Under the pieces are notes generated by a model. The model worked only from the letters and a program-made list of their open reading frames with translations, was not told the DNA's origin and made no database searches. A program made the translations under genes and the position numbers. A stretch of DNA of 64,000 nt. It comes from an uncultured Eubacteriales bacterium. GTDB taxonomy: Bacteria > Bacillota > Clostridia > Christensenellales > CAG-917. Where the stretch lies: assembly GCA_900547975.1 (NCBI GenBank), contig URIX01000004.1, positions 2,719-66,718 on the forward strand, read 5' to 3'. Positions 18,685-28,387 of the stretch are shown in pieces; within the stretch, counting starts at the first letter, position 1; each line of letters begins with the position of its first letter.

Positions 18685-19850
18685 TTTTTACCTCCGTTGA
18701 ATAACTTTTTTATAAATGCTCCGAAGTCGAACTTCGACAGATTGTCCGCCATAACCAGAAGCGACGCTTTGGAGCAGTCGTCGGGTTTGACGAATCCGGG
18801 AAGTTTCGGAGTGATGATTTCAATGTTTTTTCCGAGTTGTTCGCTCAGATACTTCTTTGCGCCGCGCATAGAGGCAACGCCCTCGCCCGTGAGATATACG
18901 GGCATATACGACGGTGCGTCTTCCTCGACGCTTTTGAGAATGTCGCCGATGACGTCGGCAAACACGTCGAGCCTGTTCTTTGCAATCTCGCAGGCGTCTT
19001 GCGCGTATACCGCGTTTTCGCCGTCGCTGACAAGCACCGCTTCGTCGCTGTAATTGAGATTGAGATCGACGAGGCGTTTTGCTTCTTCCGCCATATCGAA
19101 AGGCACGTCCAAAGCCTCGAATATATCCGCGCAAATGTGTGCGCCGCCCATAGAAAACGACTTCATATCGAGGATTCCGTCGCCCTTTGCAATGCTTACG
19201 GACGAGGATAAATATCCGATGTCGATGAGCATATACACGTTGTCGCGCTGTTCCTTTTCAAGCATAGCCATACACTCTGCCCAGCAGGTCGCGACGTATC
19301 TGACGTCGGTAAATCCGAGTTCGTTTGCAACGGTATCGAACATCTCGACGAACGCTCTTTCGCAAAGCATATAACTCACGCAAGCCTCAACTTGTTGAGC
19401 GTCCATATCCCTTACGTCGCTGTATATTTTGTCTTGTCCGTCGATGGCAAAATAAATTGCCGACGTGTTGATGGTCAAATATTTGCTTTGGTCGAAATCG
19501 TCGCCTTTTTTGAGAAGATAGGAAATGTCGTCGTCGATGACTCTACGCTGTCTGTCCAGTCTCACGGAAACTTCCTTTGTGACTACGGTGACGAATTCGG
19601 CAGGTACGCCGATAAAAAGACGTTTGGTGCGAGAGTCCGCACTCTTCATCGCTTCCAGAAGAACCTCTTTTGCGATTTGCACGGTTTCCTTGCCGTCGAA
19701 CCACTCGCCGTTTTCATAGCCTTGATGTTGTTTTTCGACAACAGACTTAATGCCGAAAACGCTCTGCGCCCTCTTCGAGCCTACGATTGCGCTCACAAGG
19801 CGAGAGTTGACGTCCAAAACGGCTATGTCTTTTGTGAAAATCGAACCCAT
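18681..19850 (-). CDS. ftsA: Divergent FtsA-like actin-family division protein
   Basis: Sits directly upstream of, and coupled to, ftsZ. Has DIGYLSSSVSIAKGDG and MGGAHI actin-fold motifs and a C-terminal amphipathic helix FGAFIKKLFNGGKK. Confidence 0.8.
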   Translation of the reverse strand: MGSIFTKDIAVLDVNSRLVSAIVGSKRAQSVFGIKSVVEKQHQGYENGEWFDGKETVQIAKEVLLEAMKSADSRTKRLFIGVPAEFVTVVTKEVSVRLDRQRRVIDDDISYLLKKGDDFDQSKYLTINTSAIYFAIDGQDKIYSDVRDMDAQQVEACVSYMLCERAFVEMFDTVANELGFTDVRYVATCWAECMAMLEKEQRDNVYMLIDIGYLSSSVSIAKGDGILDMKSFSMGGAHICADIFEALDVPFDMAEEAKRLVDLNLNYSDEAVLVSDGENAVYAQDACEIAKNRLDVFADVIGDILKSVEEDAPSYMPVYLTGEGVASMRGAKKYLSEQLGKNIEIITPKLPGFVKPDDCSKASLLVMADNLSKFDFGAFIKKLFNGGKK

Positions 19851-20008
19851 ATTCTTCCTCTTTTTCTAAAAAACACGCTATCGCGCGCATTATTTATAAT
19901 ATTATTATATTGAAAATACTTATCGTGTCAACGAATTTTTATCAAAAATTTGCAGAATTCGCCTGTTTTTTGTCTATAAAGGCGTTTTATCGTAAAAAAT
20001 AGGCGCGT

Positions 20009-21286
20009 TTATCTGTCTTTCGTGCGCAGAACGTAACCGCCGAGCGAGCAGAACATATCTTCGATATTCTCGTAGCCTCTGTCTATGTATTCGAGTCCGT
20101 ACACACGGCTTTCACCCGATATTTTGAGTGCCGCGATGCAGAGTGCCGCGCCCCCTCGCAAGTCGCTCGCCGTCATCTGTCCGCCGCTTATCATATACGG
20201 CGAATCGGATTTGCCGCAACCCTCGACAATCGCGGTGTTGTCGGTTATCTTTATTCTCGCACCGAGTTTTGCAAGTTCACGCGCGTGGGCGAAGCGGTTT
20301 TCAAACACGGTTTCGTCGATTACGCTCACGCCGTCCGAAAAACAAGCCGCGCTCAGAAGTTGGGGTTGCATATCCGTGGGGAAAAGAGGATAAGGCGCGG
20401 TCGATACGCGCACCGCGTGCATACGCCCGTCAGAGCGCACGCGAAGATAGTTTTCGTCGCCTTCGATTTTGCAGTTCTTGTTTTGAAGCGCGTTTATCAC
20501 CGCCCCCAAATGCTTTTTGTTTGCGCCGTATATCTGAACGTCGCCGCCGCATACCGCCGTCGCGCAAAGCAAAGTTCCCGCAACGATTCTGTCGCCGACG
20601 GGCGTAAACCTCGCGCCTGACAATTCCTTTACCCCCTCTATCTCTATAACCGACGTACCCTCGCCGCGTATTCGCGCGCCCATTGCGCGCAAGCACTCGA
20701 CGAGCGACACGATTTCGGGTTCTCTGGCGCAATTCACGAGCGTGGTTCTTCCTTTTGCCAAAGCCGCGCACATAAGCAGATTTTCGGTTGCGCCGACGGA
20801 CGGATATTTCATAAGAATTTTCGCGCCGATAAGTTTTGCCGCCTTGCACTTTATACCGCTTTGGTCTACGGTTATTTCCGCGCCCATTTTTTCGAGTCCG
20901 TCAAGGTGAATGTCGAGGGGTCTGCTTCCTATGTCGCAACCACCGGGAAGCGAAGTTTCCACCTCGCCCACCGTTGCCAACAGCGCGCCGAGCATAAACA
21001 TAGACGAGCGCATATCCTTGCAAAGTTCGTCGTTCACGCGCGATGTGCGCGCTTGTCCTCGCACGATTATGCGCCTGCCGTCGCGCGCGACGTCCGCGCC
21101 CGAAGCGGCGAGCATTTTTGTCATCGCTTCGACGTCGGTTATGTAGGGACAATTTTCGACGATTAAGTCCTCTTTGGTCAAGAGTCCCGCGGCGAGTATG
21201 GGCAAAACCGCGTTTTTTGCCGCGTGCACCTCGTACGCGCCGAAAAGTTGATTGCCGCCGATAATTTTTAAGTGTTGATTTGACAT
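20009..21286 (-). CDS. murA: UDP-N-acetylglucosamine 1-carboxyvinyltransferase
   Basis: MSNQHLKIIGGNQLFGAYEVHAAKNAVLPILAA...CDIGSRPLDIHL. Start at ATG 21286 with SD GAGGAA. The 508-aa track ORF is an over-extension into spoVE. Confidence 0.9.
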   Translation of the reverse strand: MSNQHLKIIGGNQLFGAYEVHAAKNAVLPILAAGLLTKEDLIVENCPYITDVEAMTKMLAASGADVARDGRRIIVRGQARTSRVNDELCKDMRSSMFMLGALLATVGEVETSLPGGCDIGSRPLDIHLDGLEKMGAEITVDQSGIKCKAAKLIGAKILMKYPSVGATENLLMCAALAKGRTTLVNCAREPEIVSLVECLRAMGARIRGEGTSVIEIEGVKELSGARFTPVGDRIVAGTLLCATAVCGGDVQIYGANKKHLGAVINALQNKNCKIEGDENYLRVRSDGRMHAVRVSTAPYPLFPTDMQPQLLSAACFSDGVSVIDETVFENRFAHARELAKLGARIKITDNTAIVEGCGKSDSPYMISGGQMTASDLRGGAALCIAALKISGESRVYGLEYIDRGYENIEDMFCSLGGYVLRTKDR

Positions 21287-21315
21287 AATTCCTCGCATTT
21301 TGACGTTTGGTCGTG

Positions 21316-22623
21316 TTATAGTTGCGCAAACGAAGTCGGTTGAAGATAGGGCGCGGAATTTCTTGCGATACTCTGCAATACGCCCACCGCGCACAAGTAC
21401 GCCACGAGCGAACTGCCCCCCGCGCTCATAAACGGCAACGGAAGTCCCGTCGGCGGTATCGCGCCGCATACCACCGCCATATTGAGCATTGCCTGTATGC
21501 TCGTAACCGCAGTTATGCCGAGCGCGAGATAGCAAGAATATCTGTTTGACGCCTCTCTTGCGATTTTCAACCCTCGCTTTGCGAATACGAAAAACAAAAT
21601 CATAATCGCCGCTATGCCGAATATGCCCGTTTCCTCGCCCACTATCGACAAGATGAAATCGCTTTCCGCAAAAGGCAAAAACAGATACTTTTGCCTCGAT
21701 TGAAACAGTCCTACGCCGAAAAGTCCGCCGCTTCCGAGCGCGTAGTAGGATTGAATGAGTTGATAGCCTTCCTCAAGCGGCGATTGCCACGGGTCGAGAA
21801 ACGCCAAAAGCCGTTGCATACGATAGGGCTCGACAAGTATCAGCGCGACCGCGCCGAGTACGACGGGCACGATTAAAAGCGCAAGATGTTTTATCCTCGC
21901 GCCGCTTGCGAACAACATTACGAACACCACCGCCACCGCGCACATAGTTATGGACATATTGGGTTCGAGCATAATAAGCACGCACACCGCGCCGCCCAAA
22001 AACAATACGAACAACACGTTGACAAACTTTTTCATATCCGCTTCGCTCGCAAATCTCGCAATCGCCATAACCATAAAAAACTTGGCGTATTCGCTGGGTT
22101 GTATGGTGAAAAACCCGAGATTGAGCCACCGCTTCGCGCCGTAACTTTCCACGCCCAACACCGGAAGAAAAACCATACCGAGAAGCGCGAGTCCGACGAG
22201 ATACAAAAGCGGCGAAACTTTTTTGAGAGTCGATGATTTGACGTTTGACAAAAGCACGCTCGAAAACACTCCGATAAGCAGCGCGACCGCTTGCGTTTTG
22301 ACGTAACGGAAAGCGTCGCCCGTCTGCACTTTTGCCGAGTAGCAAGAAGCGGAATATATGAACAAAAGCCCCAAAAGACTGAGCAATATCGCAACTATCG
22401 AAAGAACGTAATCCCCTCTGCCGTTTCCGACAAAGGAAAGCGACGGCACACGTTCCGCCTTTCCGAGTCTGCCGTGTGCGCGTTTCTCTCGTGCGAGTGG
22501 CGTGCGCAAAACGCGCGCTCGCTCGTCCGCATACGTACTTGCGCTTGTATGTACGCTCGCGCTCGAATATGCGCTCGCGCTCGATGTGTGCGAGCGCGTA
22601 TAAGAAGCGTTTGCACGATTCAT
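21316..22623 (-). CDS. spoVE: SEDS-family FtsW/SpoVE peptidoglycan polymerase with a ~60-aa Ser/Ala/Thr-rich N-terminal extension
   Basis: About 10 TM helices; LPFMSAGGSSLVAY and PSEYAKF motifs. ATGA overlap with the murD stop. The spoVE versus ftsW choice cannot be made from sequence alone. Confidence 0.85.
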   Translation of the reverse strand: MNRANASYTRSHTSSASAYSSASVHTSASTYADERARVLRTPLAREKRAHGRLGKAERVPSLSFVGNGRGDYVLSIVAILLSLLGLLFIYSASCYSAKVQTGDAFRYVKTQAVALLIGVFSSVLLSNVKSSTLKKVSPLLYLVGLALLGMVFLPVLGVESYGAKRWLNLGFFTIQPSEYAKFFMVMAIARFASEADMKKFVNVLFVLFLGGAVCVLIMLEPNMSITMCAVAVVFVMLFASGARIKHLALLIVPVVLGAVALILVEPYRMQRLLAFLDPWQSPLEEGYQLIQSYYALGSGGLFGVGLFQSRQKYLFLPFAESDFILSIVGEETGIFGIAAIMILFFVFAKRGLKIAREASNRYSCYLALGITAVTSIQAMLNMAVVCGAIPPTGLPLPFMSAGGSSLVAYLCAVGVLQSIARNSAPYLQPTSFAQL

Positions 22624-23924
22624 CTTTTCGAGAGATAATTCGCTATCTGCGAATCGAATTTTTCCGCTCGTTCTTCAAAGTTTTCGTACAAATCGAAACT
22701 CTTGCTCGCGGGCGAGAAAAGTATGCTTTCGCATTTGAGTTCCTTTGCCGTCTCGAACGCTTCGGATATTGCGCTTTCGAGGCTGTCGCAAACTTGCACG
22801 TCGTTAAAGCCGCAAGTTTTTGCCGCCCGATATACAACATCTGCATTTTCGCCTTGCGCCGTGACCGCTTTGACGTTGCTCGGCAAGCGGGAAAACAAAT
22901 TTACAAAGTCCTCGCCGCCCTTTTGTCCGCCGAGCATAAGCACGCAATCGCCCACGCTCGAGCACGCGCACAAGCACGCAGATATGTTGGTGGACTTGCT
23001 GTCGTTGTAGACGTACACACCATCGGCAATCGCTATGAGTTGTCTGCGATAATGCGGACGTTTGAAGTCGGCAAGCGCAGAAGCCGTGCAGAACGCCGAC
23101 ACGCCCTTTATCATACATACGGCAACAGCCGCGAGTACGTTTTGAAGTTCGTCGCCCTTGAAGTCGATTTCCTCGACGGGTATGACGGGATTGCCTCTGA
23201 AACATACGAATCCCGACGAAATGTACGCGCCGCTCGGCTCGGTATGCTCTGTCGAAAACGGAATCTTTTGAGATACCGCCTCGCAAACTATGTTTGCCAC
23301 TTCTTCGTCGTCGGCGTTGAATACGAGATAGTCGCTCTCGCTCTGCGCGCGGAAGACGTTTGCCTTTGCGTTGACGTAGTTTTTCATCGTCGCGTGGCGT
23401 GTCAAATGGTCGGGTTTTATATTGAGCAACACCGCAATATCGGGCGAAAATCCCGCGCTGTTTTCCAGTTGATAACTGCTCGCTTCGATAACCGCCGTTT
23501 CGGTTGCGTCGAGTTTGTCGGCAATCGAGGAAAACGGCACGCCTATATTGCCTACGGCGTGCGAGTGTATTCCCGCCCTTTTGAGAATGTGGTCGATAAG
23601 CAGCGTCGTCGTGGTTTTGCCGTTCGTTCCCGTAATCGCGATTTGCTCTGCAACGCACACGCTCGAGGCGAGATTCAACTCGCTCGTGACGGTTTTGTTT
23701 TCAAGCCTCGCGTCCAAAAGGAAATCCTTGTCGGGATTTACCCCCGGACTCAACACGATTAAATCGGCGTCCTTGAATACGCCTATGCTGCTCGTCGCTC
23801 GCTCGCGCGTCGGGTCGTCATCGTAAATTATCGCCCTCGCGCCCTTTTCTCTCAACAATTCGTATGCGGAAATACCGCTCGCTCCCGCGCCGTATACAAC
23901 GACGTTTCTGCCGACAAGTTTCAT
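22620..23924 (-). CDS. murD: UDP-N-acetylmuramoylalanine--D-glutamate ligase
   Basis: VVVYGAGASGISA, ITGTNGKTTTT and the dcw position between mraY and the SEDS gene. Confidence 0.9.
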   Translation of the reverse strand: MKLVGRNVVVYGAGASGISAYELLREKGARAIIYDDDPTRERATSSIGVFKDADLIVLSPGVNPDKDFLLDARLENKTVTSELNLASSVCVAEQIAITGTNGKTTTTLLIDHILKRAGIHSHAVGNIGVPFSSIADKLDATETAVIEASSYQLENSAGFSPDIAVLLNIKPDHLTRHATMKNYVNAKANVFRAQSESDYLVFNADDEEVANIVCEAVSQKIPFSTEHTEPSGAYISSGFVCFRGNPVIPVEEIDFKGDELQNVLAAVAVCMIKGVSAFCTASALADFKRPHYRRQLIAIADGVYVYNDSKSTNISACLCACSSVGDCVLMLGGQKGGEDFVNLFSRLPSNVKAVTAQGENADVVYRAAKTCGFNDVQVCDSLESAISEAFETAKELKCESILFSPASKSFDLYENFEERAEKFDSQIANYLSKR

Positions 23925-24922
23925 ATTGCCCTCGCAAATATCAGCGTCAGCGCGCCCCCTACCATACTCGCTACAAAGTATATCGTCACGATTTTAGACT
24001 CGTGGTAGCCTTTCATCTCCAAGTGGTGATGAAACGGCGCCATAAGAAAAATACGTTTCTTTGTGAGTTTGTAGTAAAGCACCTGCAATATAACTGATAT
24101 GCCCGATACGACGTACATTATGCCCGATGTGACGATTAAAAGCGGATTTTTTGAAAAAATCGCGACGGTGGCGCACGCCGCGCCCAAAGCGAGAGAACCC
24201 GTGTCGCCCATCATTATCTTTGCGGGGAATCCGTTGAACACCAAATATCCGAGCAGTCCGCCCAACATAGATACGCAAAAAACGCAAAGTGACAGAATCT
24301 CTTTTGCGTAATCGCCGTCGCCGCTCTTTATCGCATCGTCGTAGACGAAGTACAAAAGCATAGCAAACCACAAAAAGTACGCAACCGACGAATAACCCGC
24401 AAGTCCGTCCAGTCCGTCGGTGAGATTCACGCAGTTTGTCGTTGCGACATAGGCAATCACGACGAAAGGAATTATCCCCCAATTCATATTCAGCGTATAG
24501 GTCGTAAACGGCAAATTTATCGCCGTGCCGATGTCCTTTGACGCGTACACGAACCAACCCGCAGCAAAACTGAGTCCGAGTTGCCCGATTATCTTCTGAT
24601 ACGGCTTCAAGCCGAGATTGCGAGTATAGCGGATTTTTATGAAATCGTCGAGGAATCCAAGCACGCAAAAACCGAACGTGACCGCTATTGCCACGAGCGA
24701 GAATCGCTGAAATTCAACGAGCGAAAACACGAGCGTCGGAAGCAAAAATATAAATCCGCCCATAGTGGGCGTTCCGCTCTTGTACTCGTGCTGTTTGACG
24801 TAGCCGAGAACGGTTTGCTTGGCTTTTAGTTTGCTCATCAGTTTTATGACGAGCGGCGCAACCGAAAGCGAGAGCGCGACCGACGCTATAAAATACAATA
24901 AAATTTTTACGAGCGCGCTCAC
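23921..24922 (-). CDS. mraY: Phospho-N-acetylmuramoyl-pentapeptide transferase
   Basis: TPTMGGFIF, NLTDGLDGLA, MGDTGSLALG and APFHHHLE motifs. Confidence 0.95.
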   Translation of the reverse strand: MSALVKILLYFIASVALSLSVAPLVIKLMSKLKAKQTVLGYVKQHEYKSGTPTMGGFIFLLPTLVFSLVEFQRFSLVAIAVTFGFCVLGFLDDFIKIRYTRNLGLKPYQKIIGQLGLSFAAGWFVYASKDIGTAINLPFTTYTLNMNWGIIPFVVIAYVATTNCVNLTDGLDGLAGYSSVAYFLWFAMLLYFVYDDAIKSGDGDYAKEILSLCVFCVSMLGGLLGYLVFNGFPAKIMMGDTGSLALGAACATVAIFSKNPLLIVTSGIMYVVSGISVILQVLYYKLTKKRIFLMAPFHHHLEMKGYHESKIVTIYFVASMVGGALTLIFARAI

Positions 24923-26352
24923 CTTGCGTACCTCGCAATCATATCGAAATCGCTGTACGGAATCTTTTTGCCCTTAATTTCGAGATAGTTTTCGTTGCCC
25001 TTGCCCGCAAGCACGAGTGTGTCGCCTTCTTCCATTTCCGAAAGCGCGAATCTGACCGCTTCGGGTCTGTCTACTATACACTTTACGTCCTTTATCGTCA
25101 CGCCCCATTCGATTTGCCTGATTATGTCGAAAGCGTCCTCGCTTCTGGGATTATCGCTCGTCAAAATTATATAATCGCTGTATTTCGAGGCGATTTTACC
25201 CATTGCCGCGCGCTTGGTTTTGTCGCGCTCGCCGCCGCAACCGAACAAGGTTATAAGCCTCGATTTCGTAATCGTTCTCGCCGTGGACAAAAGGTTTTTC
25301 AAACCCTCGGGCGTATGCGCAAAGTCAACGATTATCGTGCCTTTTTCGGTGTGTAAAACGGAAAATCTGCCCTTAACCGCCTTGATTTTCCTCACCGCGT
25401 GCATTATGGTTTCGCCGTCTATGCCGAGTTCGCGGGCAACGCTCATCGCGCCCAAAAGATTGTATACGTTAAACTCGCCGAACAGCGAGGATTTGACGTC
25501 GATTATCTCATCATTGAGATTGGCGACGAACTTCACGCCGTCTATGTCCTCGACAACGTTCACCGCGAAGCAGTCGGCAGGATTGTACAAGCCGTAACTT
25601 ACGGTTTTTATATCCTTTCTTCCTTCCAACCTCGACAAAAGTATGCGACCGCTTTCGTCGTCTACGTTGATTATCGCCGTCTTGGCGTTGCCGTTCTCGA
25701 AATAGGACATTTTTACGCTTTGATAGTTGGAAAAATCCTTGAAATAGTCGAGATGGTCTTGCGATACGTTCGTCAAAATCGCAACGTCCGCTTTCAAATC
25801 GCCGAGTTTTTCGAGATATATGGCGTGCGCACTGACTTCGGCAATCACCACGTCGACGCCCCTCGTGCGCATTTTGAAAAACAGTTCGTTGAGTTCGTAC
25901 GGGTCGGGCGTGGTGAGGCTCTGTCCCACCTTTTCACCGAGAATATAGTGACCTTCCGTGCCGATAAGTCCCGTTTTCACGCCTGCGAAAGTCAGAACGG
26001 AATCTATATAATGCGCCGTCGAGGTTTTGCCGTTCGTACCCACAACCGCAATGAATTTCATACCTTCCATAGGGCGCAAAAACCGATTCTGACACACTTG
26101 CGCGTACGCTTTGCGCGCGTCGGTCACGAGAACGTATTTTCCGCTTTCGGGTTCTTTTTGAGTGAGCGCGATAAAATCGCAATCTATTTCGCAAAGATGG
26201 TTGTTGCCGTCGTCGTTCACGCCCTCGAGACATACGAACAAATCGCCGTCCTCAACCTTTCTCGAATCGATTTTTATCTCTTTTATTTCCGCGTTCAAAT
26301 CCACGTTCGTCTTTTGAATCTCTACGCCGTAAAGCAAGTTTTCAAGTTTCAT
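24919..26352 (-). CDS. murE: UDP-MurNAc-L-Ala-D-Glu--2,6-diaminopimelate ligase
   Basis: DSRKVEDGDLFVCLEG, GTNGKTST and the DNPR motif (TSDNPRSED), which suggests meso-DAP specificity. Confidence 0.9.
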   Translation of the reverse strand: MKLENLLYGVEIQKTNVDLNAEIKEIKIDSRKVEDGDLFVCLEGVNDDGNNHLCEIDCDFIALTQKEPESGKYVLVTDARKAYAQVCQNRFLRPMEGMKFIAVVGTNGKTSTAHYIDSVLTFAGVKTGLIGTEGHYILGEKVGQSLTTPDPYELNELFFKMRTRGVDVVIAEVSAHAIYLEKLGDLKADVAILTNVSQDHLDYFKDFSNYQSVKMSYFENGNAKTAIINVDDESGRILLSRLEGRKDIKTVSYGLYNPADCFAVNVVEDIDGVKFVANLNDEIIDVKSSLFGEFNVYNLLGAMSVARELGIDGETIMHAVRKIKAVKGRFSVLHTEKGTIIVDFAHTPEGLKNLLSTARTITKSRLITLFGCGGERDKTKRAAMGKIASKYSDYIILTSDNPRSEDAFDIIRQIEWGVTIKDVKCIVDRPEAVRFALSEMEEGDTLVLAGKGNENYLEIKGKKIPYSDFDMIARYAR

Positions 26353-26368
26353 AAGTTGCGTCCTCCAA

Positions 26369-26414
26369 GGGTTGATACACTCATAATAATGAGTGTAGAA
26401 AATATTATCAACCC
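26369..26414 (-). other. Two-tier hairpin immediately 5' of the murE Shine-Dalgarno site
   Basis: GGGTTGATA...TATCAACCC (9 bp) encloses CACTCAT-AATA-ATGAGTG. It ends 2 nt from the GGAGGA SD of murE. Confidence 0.45.
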
Positions 26415-26452
26415 AACCGCAATCTTAGACAAAAACGGAAAATCTTTTCGCT

Positions 26453-28387
26453 TTATTCGGTCAGCAAAAGCACTGCGTTTCGCTTGTCCACTTTCACCCC
26501 CGCGAGCGGATATTGCCCCGTGACAGAGTTGCCCTCGCCGTCCGTTTCGCAGTACAAGCCGAGTTTGCGAAGTCGGTTTTTCGCTTCGTTTACGCTCATA
26601 CCCTCGAAGGACGGAAGGATAAATTCCTCGCCGATAATCTCTTTTTCCTCGCCCGTATACCGAGGCTCGATTCCGAGATAGGCAAACACGCTCTCGAATA
26701 TATCTCCCACCATAGGCGCGGCAACGAGCGAACCGTAATACATATACCCTTGCGGCTCGTCAACTATGAAAAGCACGCCGTAGTTTGCGCCCTCGCTCAC
26801 CGAAAATCCGAGAAAGGACGAGATATATTTGCCTCTTGCAATCTGACCGTTTTCGTACTTTTGCGCCGTACCCGTTTTGCCGAGTATCTTGTAGCCCGCA
26901 ACGTACGCGCCCATGCCGCTTCCCGTCGTGACGACGCGTTGCAAAAGTTCGCGCATAATGTTCGACGTGGATTCGGATATAACCCTATCGCCGCCGGAAA
27001 GCGAGTAATTCGCAATCGTTTGCGAATTTGACTTCACTTCGCTCATAACGTGCGGCGCAACCTTGATTCCGCCGTTTATCACGCTCGAAGTAGAAGCCAA
27101 AAGCCCTATCGGCGTAACCGCGACCGCTTGCCCGAAGCCTATACGAGCAAGGTCCACGTTTTTGACGAGATTGCGGTCAATGAATATGCCGCTCGTTTCA
27201 CCGGTCATATCCACGCCCGTTTTTCGAGTAAGACCGAACGCGGACAGATAGTCGTAAAACGAGTTCGTTCCCATTCGCAAAGCACATTCCATAAACACGC
27301 AGTTGCAACTGCCCTCGACCCCTTGTCCGAAATCGATTGAGCCGTGACCTTTCGCTTTCCAACATCGGATTTTCTTGCCGTCCACCACTTTCGACCCCGC
27401 GCAATAGAATCTGTCGCTCGTGTGCACCTTGCCGGAATCGAGCGCGGCGGCAGACGTCAGAATTTTGAACGTAGACCCCGGTTCGTATACCGTTGAAATT
27501 ATGCGGCTTTTCGAACTTTCGAACAGCAACGTCAAATCGTCGCGCGGCACGTTGTTCAAGTCGAAAGACGGATATTCGCAAAGCGCGGCAATTCCGCCGT
27601 TCGAATAGTCCATAACTATGCAGGCAACCCCTTTGGGATTGAATTTCGCAACCGCGTTGCGCACCGCGCCTTCGACTATGCTCTGTATGCCTGCGTCGAG
27701 CGTGGTTTTCACGTCGAGTCCTGCAACCGCTGGCAAATAGTAGCCCGATTCCTTGTTTAGCGAACGCCCGACAAGGTCGGTTTCCGTCAATATCTTGCCG
27801 TTTACGCCCGTCAGATATTTGTCGTAGTAGGCTTCGAGGCCCGTCTGTCCGAATCCGTCGCTCGAACAGAATCCCAGCACTTGCGTCATAAAATCGCCGT
27901 AGGGATAATAGCGGTAATTGTCCTCCGAATAGTAGATTCCTTTGAGACCCGACTCGTATATTCTGTTGAGTTGCTCTTTGGTCACTTTCGTTGCGACGGT
28001 AACTTCGCTCGTGCGTTTTGAAATCTTTTCGAGAGTGCTGTCGTACGGATAGCCGAAAACGTCGCACAATAAGTTTGCAACCGCCTCTTTGTCGGGCGTG
28101 TTGCTCGGGCGAACGTACAAATTGTATCTCGTTGACGTCGAAGCAAGCACTTTTCCGTTTTTGTCGAGAATCTGCCCTCTCGGCGCGTCGGTTGGCACGT
28201 CACGAAGCCATTGATCGACCGCTTTCACTTGCAAGGATTCACCCTCGACAACTATCACCGCAAACATTTTGGCGAATATTCCCACAAACAAAAAGACCAT
28301 CAGCAATAGAATTGCCGACAGCCTTTTTGTTGGATTATAAAGAAGATTGGGTTTTGTATGCTTTTTTGATTTATACGCGAACTTCAT
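26453..28387 (-). CDS. Class B penicillin-binding protein (SpoVD/PBP2B family) with one C-terminal PASTA domain
   Basis: N-terminal TM, dimerisation domain, STFK (SxxK), SCN (SxN) and KTGTA motifs, with PASTA at the end. Lies in the dcw position after the FtsL slot. Confidence 0.88.
   Translation of the reverse strand: MKFAYKSKKHTKPNLLYNPTKRLSAILLLMVFLFVGIFAKMFAVIVVEGESLQVKAVDQWLRDVPTDAPRGQILDKNGKVLASTSTRYNLYVRPSNTPDKEAVANLLCDVFGYPYDSTLEKISKRTSEVTVATKVTKEQLNRIYESGLKGIYYSEDNYRYYPYGDFMTQVLGFCSSDGFGQTGLEAYYDKYLTGVNGKILTETDLVGRSLNKESGYYLPAVAGLDVKTTLDAGIQSIVEGAVRNAVAKFNPKGVACIVMDYSNGGIAALCEYPSFDLNNVPRDDLTLLFESSKSRIISTVYEPGSTFKILTSAAALDSGKVHTSDRFYCAGSKVVDGKKIRCWKAKGHGSIDFGQGVEGSCNCVFMECALRMGTNSFYDYLSAFGLTRKTGVDMTGETSGIFIDRNLVKNVDLARIGFGQAVAVTPIGLLASTSSVINGGIKVAPHVMSEVKSNSQTIANYSLSGGDRVISESTSNIMRELLQRVVTTGSGMGAYVAGYKILGKTGTAQKYENGQIARGKYISSFLGFSVSEGANYGVLFIVDEPQGYMYYGSLVAAPMVGDIFESVFAYLGIEPRYTGEEKEIIGEEFILPSFEGMSVNEAKNRLRKLGLYCETDGEGNSVTGQYPLAGVKVDKRNAVLLLTE

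Noticed and set aside
17554-19053. 499-aa plus-strand ORF opposite ftsZ/ftsA. Analogous ORFs occur at 29147-30718, 34083-35570, 35693-37198, 22476-23762, 25399-26523, 45077-46405 and 48825-49946.
   Set aside because: All are the same codon-aligned shadow-ORF artefact opposite well-supported genes. None has an SD site or known motifs.
20009-21535. Over-extended N-termini in the track. Examples are murA at 508 aa, the carboxypeptidase at 392 aa, nrdR at 187 aa, mtaB at 450 aa, ytfJ, scpB, engB, the ArsR regulator, and 30784-31713 at 309 aa.
   Set aside because: In each case an internal ATG with a good SD gives the canonical family N-terminus. The upstream extension is Arg-rich or overlaps the neighbouring gene.
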